Positions 40,381 to 48,071 of a DNA stretch of 60,940 bases are shown one piece after another. The notes beneath the pieces are model-generated. The model saw nothing but the letters and a program-made list of their open reading frames with translations, was not told the origin of the DNA and made no database searches. Numbering within the stretch: the stretch's first letter is position 1; every line of letters starts with the position of its first letter. Origin of the DNA: Gemmatimonadota bacterium (GTDB lineage Bacteria > Gemmatimonadota > Gemmatimonadetes > Palauibacterales > KS3-K002); assembly GCA_039586795.1 (NCBI GenBank), contig JBDHJS010000019.1, forward strand, positions 1-60,940, written 5' to 3'. The position numbers were made by a program, and so were the translations under genes.

Positions 40381-41907
40381 TCAGTCCTCGACGATGCGGA
40401 ACGTAGTGAAGTAGACCACCTGGTCCCGCTCGTAGTAGAGTCTAATCGCTCCGCGCCCTGCGAGATATCCCAGTAGCTCGGCCACCTCGTCAGCGCTTGC
40501 CACGCGCTGTCGGTTGACCCCTACGATCAGGTCTCCGCGTCGCAGTCCGGTTACGCCCGTCACCTCATCCGACACGTCCGAGATCAGCGCGCCCTCCTGG
40601 TTGCGCAGGCCGCGTTCTCCGCGTATCGCCGGCGTGAGCGTGATCAGCTCCAGGCCTTCCAGCACCTCGACCCGGTCCGCCTGTACGGAGGGCAATTCTT
40701 CTACCCTCACCGTCACCCGCCGCTCCGCTCCATCTTCGTCTCTGATCGTCAGGCTCAGCCGCTCTCCGGGCACGACGTTGAACAGCTCAGCTTCCCAGTC
40801 GAGGGGCGACTTCACTGGCCGATCCTGCACGGCTATGACCTCGGTTCCCACCACCAGATCGGCACGCTCGGCGGGCGAGTCCGGTGCGATTCGTGTGATG
40901 GTTGCGCCGCGACGGCGCCCCGCCCGATCTCTCTCGGTTGGTCCAACATCGATGCCAACCCACGGTCGATGCACCTGGCCGTCGGTGCGTATCTGCTCGG
41001 CAATGCGCAGCGCGCGGTTGATAGGAATCGCGAAGCCAAGCCCCTGAGAACCACCGGAGCGCGAGAAGATTGCCGAGTTGACTCCGATGACCTCGCCCTC
41101 GGCATTCACCAGCGGTCCACCCGAGTTCCCAGGATTGATCGACGCGTCCGTTTGGATCATGTCGGCATAGATCGTCTGGCCCTGTTCACCCGAGTTGGAG
41201 ATCGTGCCGGGCAGGATATGACGACCGGTACCCGAGATCACGCCGCTGGTAACCGTGGGCTCGACGTTGGATAGGAGGTAGCCGAACGGATTGCCTATCG
41301 CGATGGCGGGTTCGCCAATGAAGATGTCATCCGAGTCGCCGAATTCCGGAAGGGGTATATCTGCTTCTACCTTGACGAGCGCCAGATCGGACAAAGCATC
41401 GGATCCAACAAGCTCGGCGGGATGATCGTTACCGTCGACGGTGGCCACCACGATCTCGGTGGCGCCTTCAACGACATGTGCGTTGGTGAGTACGTAGCCG
41501 CCTTCCGCGATCGCCAGACCCGAGCCAAGCCCCGCCACCTCCCGCTCATGGCCGAACGGGACGAACCACTCTTGCCAGAAAGAGCGCGGCCCGACGCGCT
41601 GGCGCCGGATCACGTTCACGCTCACAACGGAGGGAGTTACTCGTCGGGCAGCGTAGACGATCGGGGTGAGCCGGCTGGGGACCGACTCGTCGGGGTCCTG
41701 TAGCCTTCTTTCGCTAGCCGGTTCGGCCGGTTCCGGCTCGACGCGTGCCCCGTGCTCGACGGCCACCGTCCGGGCCGAACCGTCAGCGCCATCAGTCGGT
41801 GAACCAGGTCTGAAGAGAGCCACTGCGGCGACTACGGCAGCTACGCCCAAAAGCCAGCCGATCGTTGCGAGCGGACGCCCGCCCCGAGCTTCCGTCGGAC
41901 TGCTTAT
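40381..41907 (-). CDS. HtrA/DegP-type trypsin-like serine protease with PDZ domains
   Basis: [28 protein letters not shown], two PDZ domains. Start either TTG 41850 or non-canonical ATA 41907. Confidence 0.92.
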   Translation of the reverse strand: MSSPTEARGGRPLATIGWLLGVAAVVAAVALFRPGSPTDGADGSARTVAVEHGARVEPEPAEPASERRLQDPDESVPSRLTPIVYAARRVTPSVVSVNVIRRQRVGPRSFWQEWFVPFGHEREVAGLGSGLAIAEGGYVLTNAHVVEGATEIVVATVDGNDHPAELVGSDALSDLALVKVEADIPLPEFGDSDDIFIGEPAIAIGNPFGYLLSNVEPTVTSGVISGTGRHILPGTISNSGEQGQTIYADMIQTDASINPGNSGGPLVNAEGEVIGVNSAIFSRSGGSQGLGFAIPINRALRIAEQIRTDGQVHRPWVGIDVGPTERDRAGRRRGATITRIAPDSPAERADLVVGTEVIAVQDRPVKSPLDWEAELFNVVPGERLSLTIRDEDGAERRVTVRVEELPSVQADRVEVLEGLELITLTPAIRGERGLRNQEGALISDVSDEVTGVTGLRRGDLIVGVNRQRVASADEVAELLGYLAGRGAIRLYYERDQVVYFTTFRIVED

Positions 41908-42584
41908 GCCTTGGCCCCCTCTCGCATCGGCAGTTCGATGCTCGCTTTCTCGGCGTCCCGAAGGAAAGCCTCCAACCCGCGGTCGGTAAGCGGGTGCTTG
42001 AGTAGCTTCCAGATTACGGCTGGGGGCACCGTGGCAACATCGGCACCGAGCAGCGCCGACTCCACGAAGTGGAGCGGATGGCGGATCGAGGCGACGAGAA
42101 TCTCCGTGTCGTAACCGTAGTTGTCGTACATCTCTCGGATCTGGGCGATCAGCTCCATACCTTCGTGGGAGATATCGTCCAGGCGACCCACAAAAGGCGA
42201 GATGAAAGAAGCTCCGGCCTTCGCTGCAAGCAGCGCCTGCGAGGCCGAGAAGCAGAGCGTCACATTGACGCCGATCCCTTCGTCACGAAGGCGGCGCGTC
42301 GCTACAAGCCCGTCTTCGGTCAGCGGGACCTTGATCACCACATTGCTGCCCAGTGTCGCAAGTTCGCGACCCTGATCAAACATGGAATCCGCGTCGGTCG
42401 CCAGCACCTCGAGGCTGACGGGGCCGTCCACGGCCTCCGCGATCTCCTGCATATAGTCGGCGACGTTCCGGTCACCCAGGACCTGAGAAAGCAGCGACGG
42501 GTTGGTCGTCACGCCGTCGATCAAGCCCGCGCGCGCGGCGCGGCGGATTTCCTCGATGTCGGCCGTGTCAATGAAGATCTTCAT
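41904..42584 (-). CDS. fsa: Transaldolase / fructose-6-phosphate aldolase family
   Basis: [44 protein letters not shown]. Confidence 0.93.
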   Translation of the reverse strand: MKIFIDTADIEEIRRAARAGLIDGVTTNPSLLSQVLGDRNVADYMQEIAEAVDGPVSLEVLATDADSMFDQGRELATLGSNVVIKVPLTEDGLVATRRLRDEGIGVNVTLCFSASQALLAAKAGASFISPFVGRLDDISHEGMELIAQIREMYDNYGYDTEILVASIRHPLHFVESALLGADVATVPPAVIWKLLKHPLTDRGLEAFLRDAEKASIELPMREGAKA

Positions 42585-43443
42585 TCGCCTCTCCTGAGCT
42601 ACGCTGTCGACTGTTGTCTGTGTGCTCTCTACTATACTCCACCCGGGTCAAAAACAAACCCTTGGCCGGGGCAGGGGGCGACGCGACGAGCCCCTGCTGC
42701 CCTGAAAGCAGCCCCTCCATGTCCCCGAGGGGTCGGGTCGTCAGGCCGATGTCCACCAGAGTCCCAACCAGATAGCGGACCATGCGGTGCAGGTAGCGGT
42801 CCGCCTCAATCTCGAATTCTCTCACGCCATTTGTTTCCGGGGAGTCGCGCCATAACGCTCTGTGCACCTCACAGTGAACGCCACGCTCCGGTTGACCCGA
42901 CTTGGCAAAGGCGCTGAAATCGTGCCTTCCCACCAGGACCGCGGTGGCGGAATCGGTTAGATCCCAGTCCAGTTCCCGGCCCAATGGCCAGCACCACGGC
43001 GCGCTGAACGGAGAAAGCGTTTCCGGCGTGACACCCAGCCGATAGACGTAGGTCCGTGACGTCGCGTCGTAGCGCGCATGGAACGAGTCGTCCACACGTT
43101 CCGCCGAGGCGATCCACAGATCGGTTGGCGCCAACGCGTTCAATGCCCGCAGCAGTTCCTCTTCGTCAAAACGGTCCGGCACCATGGCGCTGGCAACCTG
43201 GCCGGTCGCGTGGACCCCCTGGTCGGTTCGACCGGCCCCCGTCAGCATCGGGACTTCGCCGCCGAACAACTGGCCCAACAAAGCCGAAAGCTCCCCCTGC
43301 ACGGTGCGCCGGTCCGGCTGGATTTGCCAGCCATAGAAATCCCGGCCTTCGTAGTGCAAGACGAGCTTCACTCGCCACTTGCCCGTTCTATCTTCTGGGC
43401 TCGTCACGGGCGGCAAACTACCCGACCAACCTCCCCCCGGCAA
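42568..43443 (-). CDS. truA: tRNA pseudouridine(38-40) synthase
   Basis: [42 protein letters not shown]. Confidence 0.95.
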   Translation of the reverse strand: MPGGGWSGSLPPVTSPEDRTGKWRVKLVLHYEGRDFYGWQIQPDRRTVQGELSALLGQLFGGEVPMLTGAGRTDQGVHATGQVASAMVPDRFDEEELLRALNALAPTDLWIASAERVDDSFHARYDATSRTYVYRLGVTPETLSPFSAPWCWPLGRELDWDLTDSATAVLVGRHDFSAFAKSGQPERGVHCEVHRALWRDSPETNGVREFEIEADRYLHRMVRYLVGTLVDIGLTTRPLGDMEGLLSGQQGLVASPPAPAKGLFLTRVEYSREHTDNSRQRSSGEANEDLH

Positions 43444-43458
43444 CTGCCCTCCCGCGTC

Positions 43459-43521
43459 CTGCCCCTGCTCGCGCTCGTGATCGTGCTCCTGCTCGTAATC
43501 GTGCTCCTAATCGTGATCCTG
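43459..43521. repeat. Degenerate hexamer tandem repeat (about 10 x STRMTC)
   Basis: ctgccc ctgctc gcgctc gtgatc gtgctc ctgctc gtaatc gtgctc ctaatc gtgatc. Confidence 0.85.
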
Positions 43522-43564
43522 AAAAAGACAATCGCCGCCCTCTCCGTTCGGAGCAAGGCGGCGA
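43522..43564 (-). terminator. Intrinsic terminator downstream of lexA
   Basis: Stem TCGCCGCC (43532-43539) / GGCGGCGA (43557-43564) with inner CTCC-GTTC-GGAG; followed by TTGTCTTTTT on the minus strand. Confidence 0.65.
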
Positions 43565-43595
43565 CCAAAAACACCGTTCGTACAGGCGCCTGGGC

Positions 43596-44207
43596 TCAGT
43601 ACTTCCGTATCACCCCGATGACAACTCCGCGCACCTGCACTTCCTCTTCCCCGTAGATCTGCGGCGCGTGACTCTCGTTCGCCGGCTGCAAACGAATACG
43701 ACCGCCAGACTCTCGGTAATACCGCTTCACCGTCGCCGAATCCCCGCTGACCAGCGCAATCACCATCTCCCCGTTGTCCGCCGTCTCGCGCCCATCGACA
43801 ACGACGCAGTCGCCGTCTCGGATCTGGTCGTCTATCATCGAGTCGCCCCGGACCCTCAACACGTAGTGCGGGCCCCGACCGGTCAACATATCCTCGGGCA
43901 CGGCGACCGTTTCGTCGTGTTCGATCGCCTCGATCGGCGCTCCGGCGGCGACCAGGCCGAACAACGGTAGGCTCGATGCCACCGCTCGCGGCCGCGCCGC
44001 CTCCAGCGGCTCTACGGACCGGCTCTCGTTGTAGTTGCGCCGGATATACCCCTTCCTCTCGAGATTCGAGAGGTGCTCGTGCACCGTCGCCAAAGACCGG
44101 TAGCCGAAGAACTCGGCAATCTCTTCAAAGCTCGGCGAGTAGCCTGAGCTCTGAATGAAGGACTCGATGAAATCGAGAATCTCTCTCTGGCGCTTGGTGA
44201 GAGCCAT
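43596..44207 (-). CDS. lexA: SOS repressor LexA
   Basis: MALTKRQREIL, PSFEEIA, HL..LERKGYI wHTH; VAAG.P cleavage site; GDSM (Ser); ATVK (Lys); SD GGAGG before ATG 44207. Confidence 0.96.
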   Translation of the reverse strand: MALTKRQREILDFIESFIQSSGYSPSFEEIAEFFGYRSLATVHEHLSNLERKGYIRRNYNESRSVEPLEAARPRAVASSLPLFGLVAAGAPIEAIEHDETVAVPEDMLTGRGPHYVLRVRGDSMIDDQIRDGDCVVVDGRETADNGEMVIALVSGDSATVKRYYRESGGRIRLQPANESHAPQIYGEEEVQVRGVVIGVIRKY

Positions 44208-44255
44208 CACCCCTCCCATCTGCGGATTCCGGATTTGGGTACCTGGCGGAGGAGA

Positions 44256-44297
44256 CCGAACAGGAACCGAAATAATGATACCCGAAAGTCTACCGAA
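44256..44297 (-). promoter_or_regulatory. Candidate LexA operators: two TTCGG-N6-TTCGG direct repeats
   Basis: Plus-strand CCGAA at 44256, 44267, 44282, 44293 (two pairs with 11-bp period). One pair fills the -35/-10 spacer; the other covers the expected start site. Confidence 0.65.
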
Positions 44298-44303
44298 TCG
44301 CAA
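44275..44303 (-). promoter_or_regulatory. sigma70-type lexA promoter
   Basis: Minus strand TTGCGA (44303-44298) - 17 nt - TATCAT (44280-44275). Confidence 0.75.
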
Positions 44304-44659
44304 GGCCCGGTCGCCTATCCGCAAGCAGGTGACGAATTTGGCCAAATCGCCTATATTGATGTGTCGGTAGCCGGTCCGGACCGAGTCCCCCTGCCAGGTC
44401 CCGTACCGCGGTCGCCGAGCGAATCGGCGTGTCTTACGGATCTTGTACAACACTACTGGTTTACAGGGCTGCTTAGGAGCCGAGTCGCACGTGTGCCCCG
44501 TCGCGCAAGCGATCGCACATCCGAGCGCCTACGGGGTAACACTGGGAGCCGGGAGTTCGGGCCCACCCCCGAGTCATTGAGATCTGGATTGCCGCCTGCA
44601 CTTGGGTGTGCGGGGGGGAGGGGATACGGCGTGAGACGGCGCTCTAGAGGGATGCGGTG

Positions 44660-46423
44660 ATGGACGAAGACGTCCTCAGTGGGTTTCCTGATTTCGGAGA
44701 TCTGGACAAAGAGTTAGACGGCGGACCGGTCCCACGCGAAGGCGCGGATGACGAGACCGGTCTCGATGTTGATATCCGCGCCTTCTTCACGGCATTCGTG
44801 AAGACGGCGCGGGCGGCCCAGCTCTACGTGCAGGGGAATCCACTTCTTCATCAATTCATCGATGACTTGCATTCCCGTCTTCAGGAAATCTGGAGTGCTA
44901 TTCCCAGCCTCACTTTCACCATTCACGAGAATGAAATACGCTGGCTCGACAATACGGTCTATAAGGGGAAGGAAACCGCCCACGACAACATCGCCTTCCA
45001 GCTCTACAAGGACGGCATACGGCGGGTCGAGTTTCAACCCGGGGTAGAGGAAGCTGAGCTCCAGCAGTTTCTAGATGTGCTGCGCTTGGGCAAGTCGCTG
45101 AAAGAAGATGAGGACGATCTTCTCACGCTGATCTGGAATTGCGACTTCCAACATATCCGCTACGAGTACGTCGACATACTTGGTGACGAACCTCCCAAGG
45201 CAATCCAGACGATAACTGAGGACGCCGGAACCGAGCTTCCAATGCTGCCGCAGCTCGAGCTGTCGCCCGAGTTGCAGACGCCGAAGCTGCGAGAGGATTT
45301 CGAGCCGTCGCTGTACTTCCTCGATGAGCAGGATGTAGCCCATCTGCAGCAGGAGTTGCGCCGTGAATGGGAGCGGCCGATCAAGCACGACGTCGTCAGT
45401 GCAGTCCTCGACCAGTACGAAGTCGGTGAGGATGAGCGACGCGGCGAGGTCTTGGATGTACTAAAACAGATGCTACCACGCGTGCTCGCCGAGGGAGACT
45501 TCGCACACGCGGCGTACATGGTTCGCGAAATAGAGGCAATCGCGAAGAAGCGGCAGCAGCAGGATATCATCGAAGAGGTCGACAATGTCGTCGCCGAGCT
45601 GAGTCAACCGATCGTCGTAGAACAGCTAGTGCGCGTTCTCGAGGATGGCTCCATCGACCCGAACAGCGAGGATCTCGCCACGCTTCTCGGCGTCCTCAGG
45701 GCTGAGGCCGTTTCCACGTTGATGAAAGCGATTCCGCTGGTTCTGCAGCGTGACGCGAAAGAGCAGCTTATGGCCACGCTCGATCGTCTCGCGGCGGCGA
45801 ACCCGAAACTGATGGCCTCGATGATTGGGGATGACGATCCCCGTGTCGCCGCCGAAGCGGCCAAGCTGGCGGGTCGGCTGAAGATGGCCGGGACTGCCGA
45901 GGCCATCGCTGGCCTGTTGAAACGTACCGAACCGGAAGTCCGACTTGCCGGCGTTCAGGCGCTGGTCGAACTGCGTACATCCGTCGCCGGAAAGCCCCTG
46001 CTGCTGGCGTTGCACGACGATCAGCGCGACGTGCGCGTCGCCGCCGCTCGCGGGCTGGCCGATCTGCGCTACAGCCCCGCCGCCGAGGAGCTGGAGGGGC
46101 ACATCACGAACAAGGATTTGCTCAAGCGGGATCTGACGGAGCAGTTGGCGTTCTTCGAGGCTTTCGCGCGCGCCGCCGGCAACGGCGGGGTGAAGCTGCT
46201 CGCCAAGCTTCTCAATGGCCGCCGCTTTCTCTGGTTGAGGCACCCGAGCTCGTTGAGGGCGTGCGCTGCTCGGGCGCTGGGCATCATAGGCGGAGCCGAG
46301 GCCAACCGCGAACTGAACACGGCGGAGATGGACAGAGACACGATGGTGCTGAGCGCCGTACACAAAGCGCGGACGATGCCGGTGGAGGAGATCGAAGCGG
46401 AGATGCAGGATGCACGCGCCTGA
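44660..46423 (+). CDS. HEAT-repeat protein with uncharacterised N-terminal domain
   Basis: C-terminal HEAT/PBS-like repeats (D.DPRVAAEAA, EPEVRLAGVQAL, D..RDVRVAAARGL, LRACAARALG). Confidence 0.8.
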   Translation: MDEDVLSGFPDFGDLDKELDGGPVPREGADDETGLDVDIRAFFTAFVKTARAAQLYVQGNPLLHQFIDDLHSRLQEIWSAIPSLTFTIHENEIRWLDNTVYKGKETAHDNIAFQLYKDGIRRVEFQPGVEEAELQQFLDVLRLGKSLKEDEDDLLTLIWNCDFQHIRYEYVDILGDEPPKAIQTITEDAGTELPMLPQLELSPELQTPKLREDFEPSLYFLDEQDVAHLQQELRREWERPIKHDVVSAVLDQYEVGEDERRGEVLDVLKQMLPRVLAEGDFAHAAYMVREIEAIAKKRQQQDIIEEVDNVVAELSQPIVVEQLVRVLEDGSIDPNSEDLATLLGVLRAEAVSTLMKAIPLVLQRDAKEQLMATLDRLAAANPKLMASMIGDDDPRVAAEAAKLAGRLKMAGTAEAIAGLLKRTEPEVRLAGVQALVELRTSVAGKPLLLALHDDQRDVRVAAARGLADLRYSPAAEELEGHITNKDLLKRDLTEQLAFFEAFARAAGNGGVKLLAKLLNGRRFLWLRHPSSLRACAARALGIIGGAEANRELNTAEMDRDTMVLSAVHKARTMPVEEIEAEMQDARA

Positions 46424-47861
46424 CGATGATATCCTAAGGGATACTAGCGCGCAGCTCAGTGCGGAGGGCCGGAAGATTCTGTCGGCGCTTTACGCTACGA
46501 TGCGCTCTTTGCGCTTGTACCCACTAGAGAATCAGGTTGTACAGCGTGCCCTCGCCGAGGTTGACGCCGCCGCCGGCAGCGTCCTGAAGCGCGAGCGACG
46601 CATGCAGTTCCGCCTCGCCGGTGATTTCATCTTCTTCAACGATGTGCGGGTGCGCCTCGACCTGGGCAACTACGCCAGCTTCGTCTTCGTTCGAAAAGTG
46701 CTTGAAGGTCACGGTATCGGCGACATCGACATCAACCCGGGCGTCGATATTCGTGAATGGACGTCCTTCCTATCGTTGCTCGTGACGGAGCCGGCGGAAC
46801 TCAGTCAAGCTCTCGACCTCTTCAGGCAGCGCATGCAGCAGGCCGGTATCGAAAGCATGACGGTCGGTCCGGCCGCTGCTCTGGTGGAAGCGCTGAGTCT
46901 CACAGAGGAGGCCAAGGAAGCGGCGCGTCGGACGTATGCCCGATCGGTCTCGGTTGTGAAGGACGTCATGACCAATGTCCGACTGGGCAAGGCGTGGAGC
47001 GGCCGCCGCGTGAAACGCGTCGTGCTCGGCATCGTCGACCAGGTACTGCACGAAGAAGCGGCGATGCTGGGAATGACGACGCTGCGCGACTACGACGAGT
47101 ACACGTTTACTCATTCGGTCAACGTTTGCATCCTGTCCGTGGCGTTGGGACAAAAGCTTGGCTTTAGCAAGCTACAGTTGTTCGAGTTGGGCCTGGGCGC
47201 CCTGTTCCACGATGTGGGCAAGTCGCGCGTGCCGCTCTCCGTGCTCAACAAGGACGGACGGCTGGACAAGGAAGAATGGCGAATCATGAGCCAGCATCCC
47301 GAGTTCGGGCTCATCCTGCTGTTCGACCTGCACGGCTTCGAGGAGCCTCCGTACCGGGCCATGCTTCAGGCTTACGAGCACCACATGCGTACGGACTTCA
47401 CCGGCTACCCGAAAGTGATCCGCGATCGATGGTTTGGTTTCTTCTCGCGCATCGTCGCCGTGGCCGACGCCTTCGACGCCGCAACTTCGAAGCGCAGCTA
47501 CCAGTACATCCCGTTCCCACCCGACGAAGTCCTGCGTGAGATGCGTGACAATCCCGCACGCGGTTTCGATCCGACGATCGTAAAAGCGTTCGTCAACATG
47601 ATGGGCATCTACCCCGTCGGTACCGTCTGCATTCTTGATACCGGTGAGTTGTCCGTCGTCGTAGCCCCGAGCCCGAACCCGGAGGAACTGCACCGGCCTC
47701 TCGTCAGAATTATCTCCGATGCTAGCGGCAGGAAGCTGCCCGAGCCTACCCTCGTCGATCTCTCGGATACCGACTCGACCACCGGCCGACCCGCAAAGAC
47801 CATCGTCAAGACGACGGACCCGGAGAAGTACAACATCGTTGTCGGCGACTACGTGGCCTGA
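46410..47861 (+). CDS. HD-GYP domain phosphohydrolase
   Basis: YTFTHSVNV, FHDVGK, ..HP..G, HH.R.D.TGYP, VADAFDA...RSY, FDP; overlaps the upstream gene by 14 nt. Confidence 0.9.
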   Translation: MHAPDDDILRDTSAQLSAEGRKILSALYATMRSLRLYPLENQVVQRALAEVDAAAGSVLKRERRMQFRLAGDFIFFNDVRVRLDLGNYASFVFVRKVLEGHGIGDIDINPGVDIREWTSFLSLLVTEPAELSQALDLFRQRMQQAGIESMTVGPAAALVEALSLTEEAKEAARRTYARSVSVVKDVMTNVRLGKAWSGRRVKRVVLGIVDQVLHEEAAMLGMTTLRDYDEYTFTHSVNVCILSVALGQKLGFSKLQLFELGLGALFHDVGKSRVPLSVLNKDGRLDKEEWRIMSQHPEFGLILLFDLHGFEEPPYRAMLQAYEHHMRTDFTGYPKVIRDRWFGFFSRIVAVADAFDAATSKRSYQYIPFPPDEVLREMRDNPARGFDPTIVKAFVNMMGIYPVGTVCILDTGELSVVVAPSPNPEELHRPLVRIISDASGRKLPEPTLVDLSDTDSTTGRPAKTIVKTTDPEKYNIVVGDYVA

Positions 47862-47988
47862 GGAAATTCTGGGGTTCGGGGATTCGGTGTTTACGAACTT
47901 CGGGGAGTGGACTGCTACCTCCAAATACCGCCACGCACGGCCGCCCCACCAACCGCCGAATCTCGTAATTCCAGAATCTGAGAATTCC
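47862..47988. repeat. Long imperfect inverted repeat built from degenerate 8-nt units
   Basis: ATTCTGGGGTTCGGGGATTCGGTG (47866-47889) pairs, with G-U wobbles, to CGCCGAATCTCGTAATTCCAGAAT (47954-47977). Confidence 0.6.
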
Positions 47989-48071
47989 ATCCCTCTTGCC
48001 TCAACCGCGCTCCCGGCAATAGTCTTCATATTCAACCGCCTACAGGAGCGAGAAGACCAGTAGCTTACGTC

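Noticed and set aside
43056..43970. 304-aa plus-strand ORF with RARARDRA repeats
   Set aside because: Antisense to truA/lexA; the repeat peptide is just the stop-free hexamer array.
44208..44453. 82-aa N-terminal extension of LexA in the ORF track
   Set aside because: The SD, promoter and operator-like repeats lie within it; the true start is ATG 44207.
44460..44620. Canonical c-di-GMP-I/II riboswitch before the HD-GYP operon
   Set aside because: Conserved GGCAAA / GCAAA and tetraloop-receptor elements not found; kept only as an unassigned structure.
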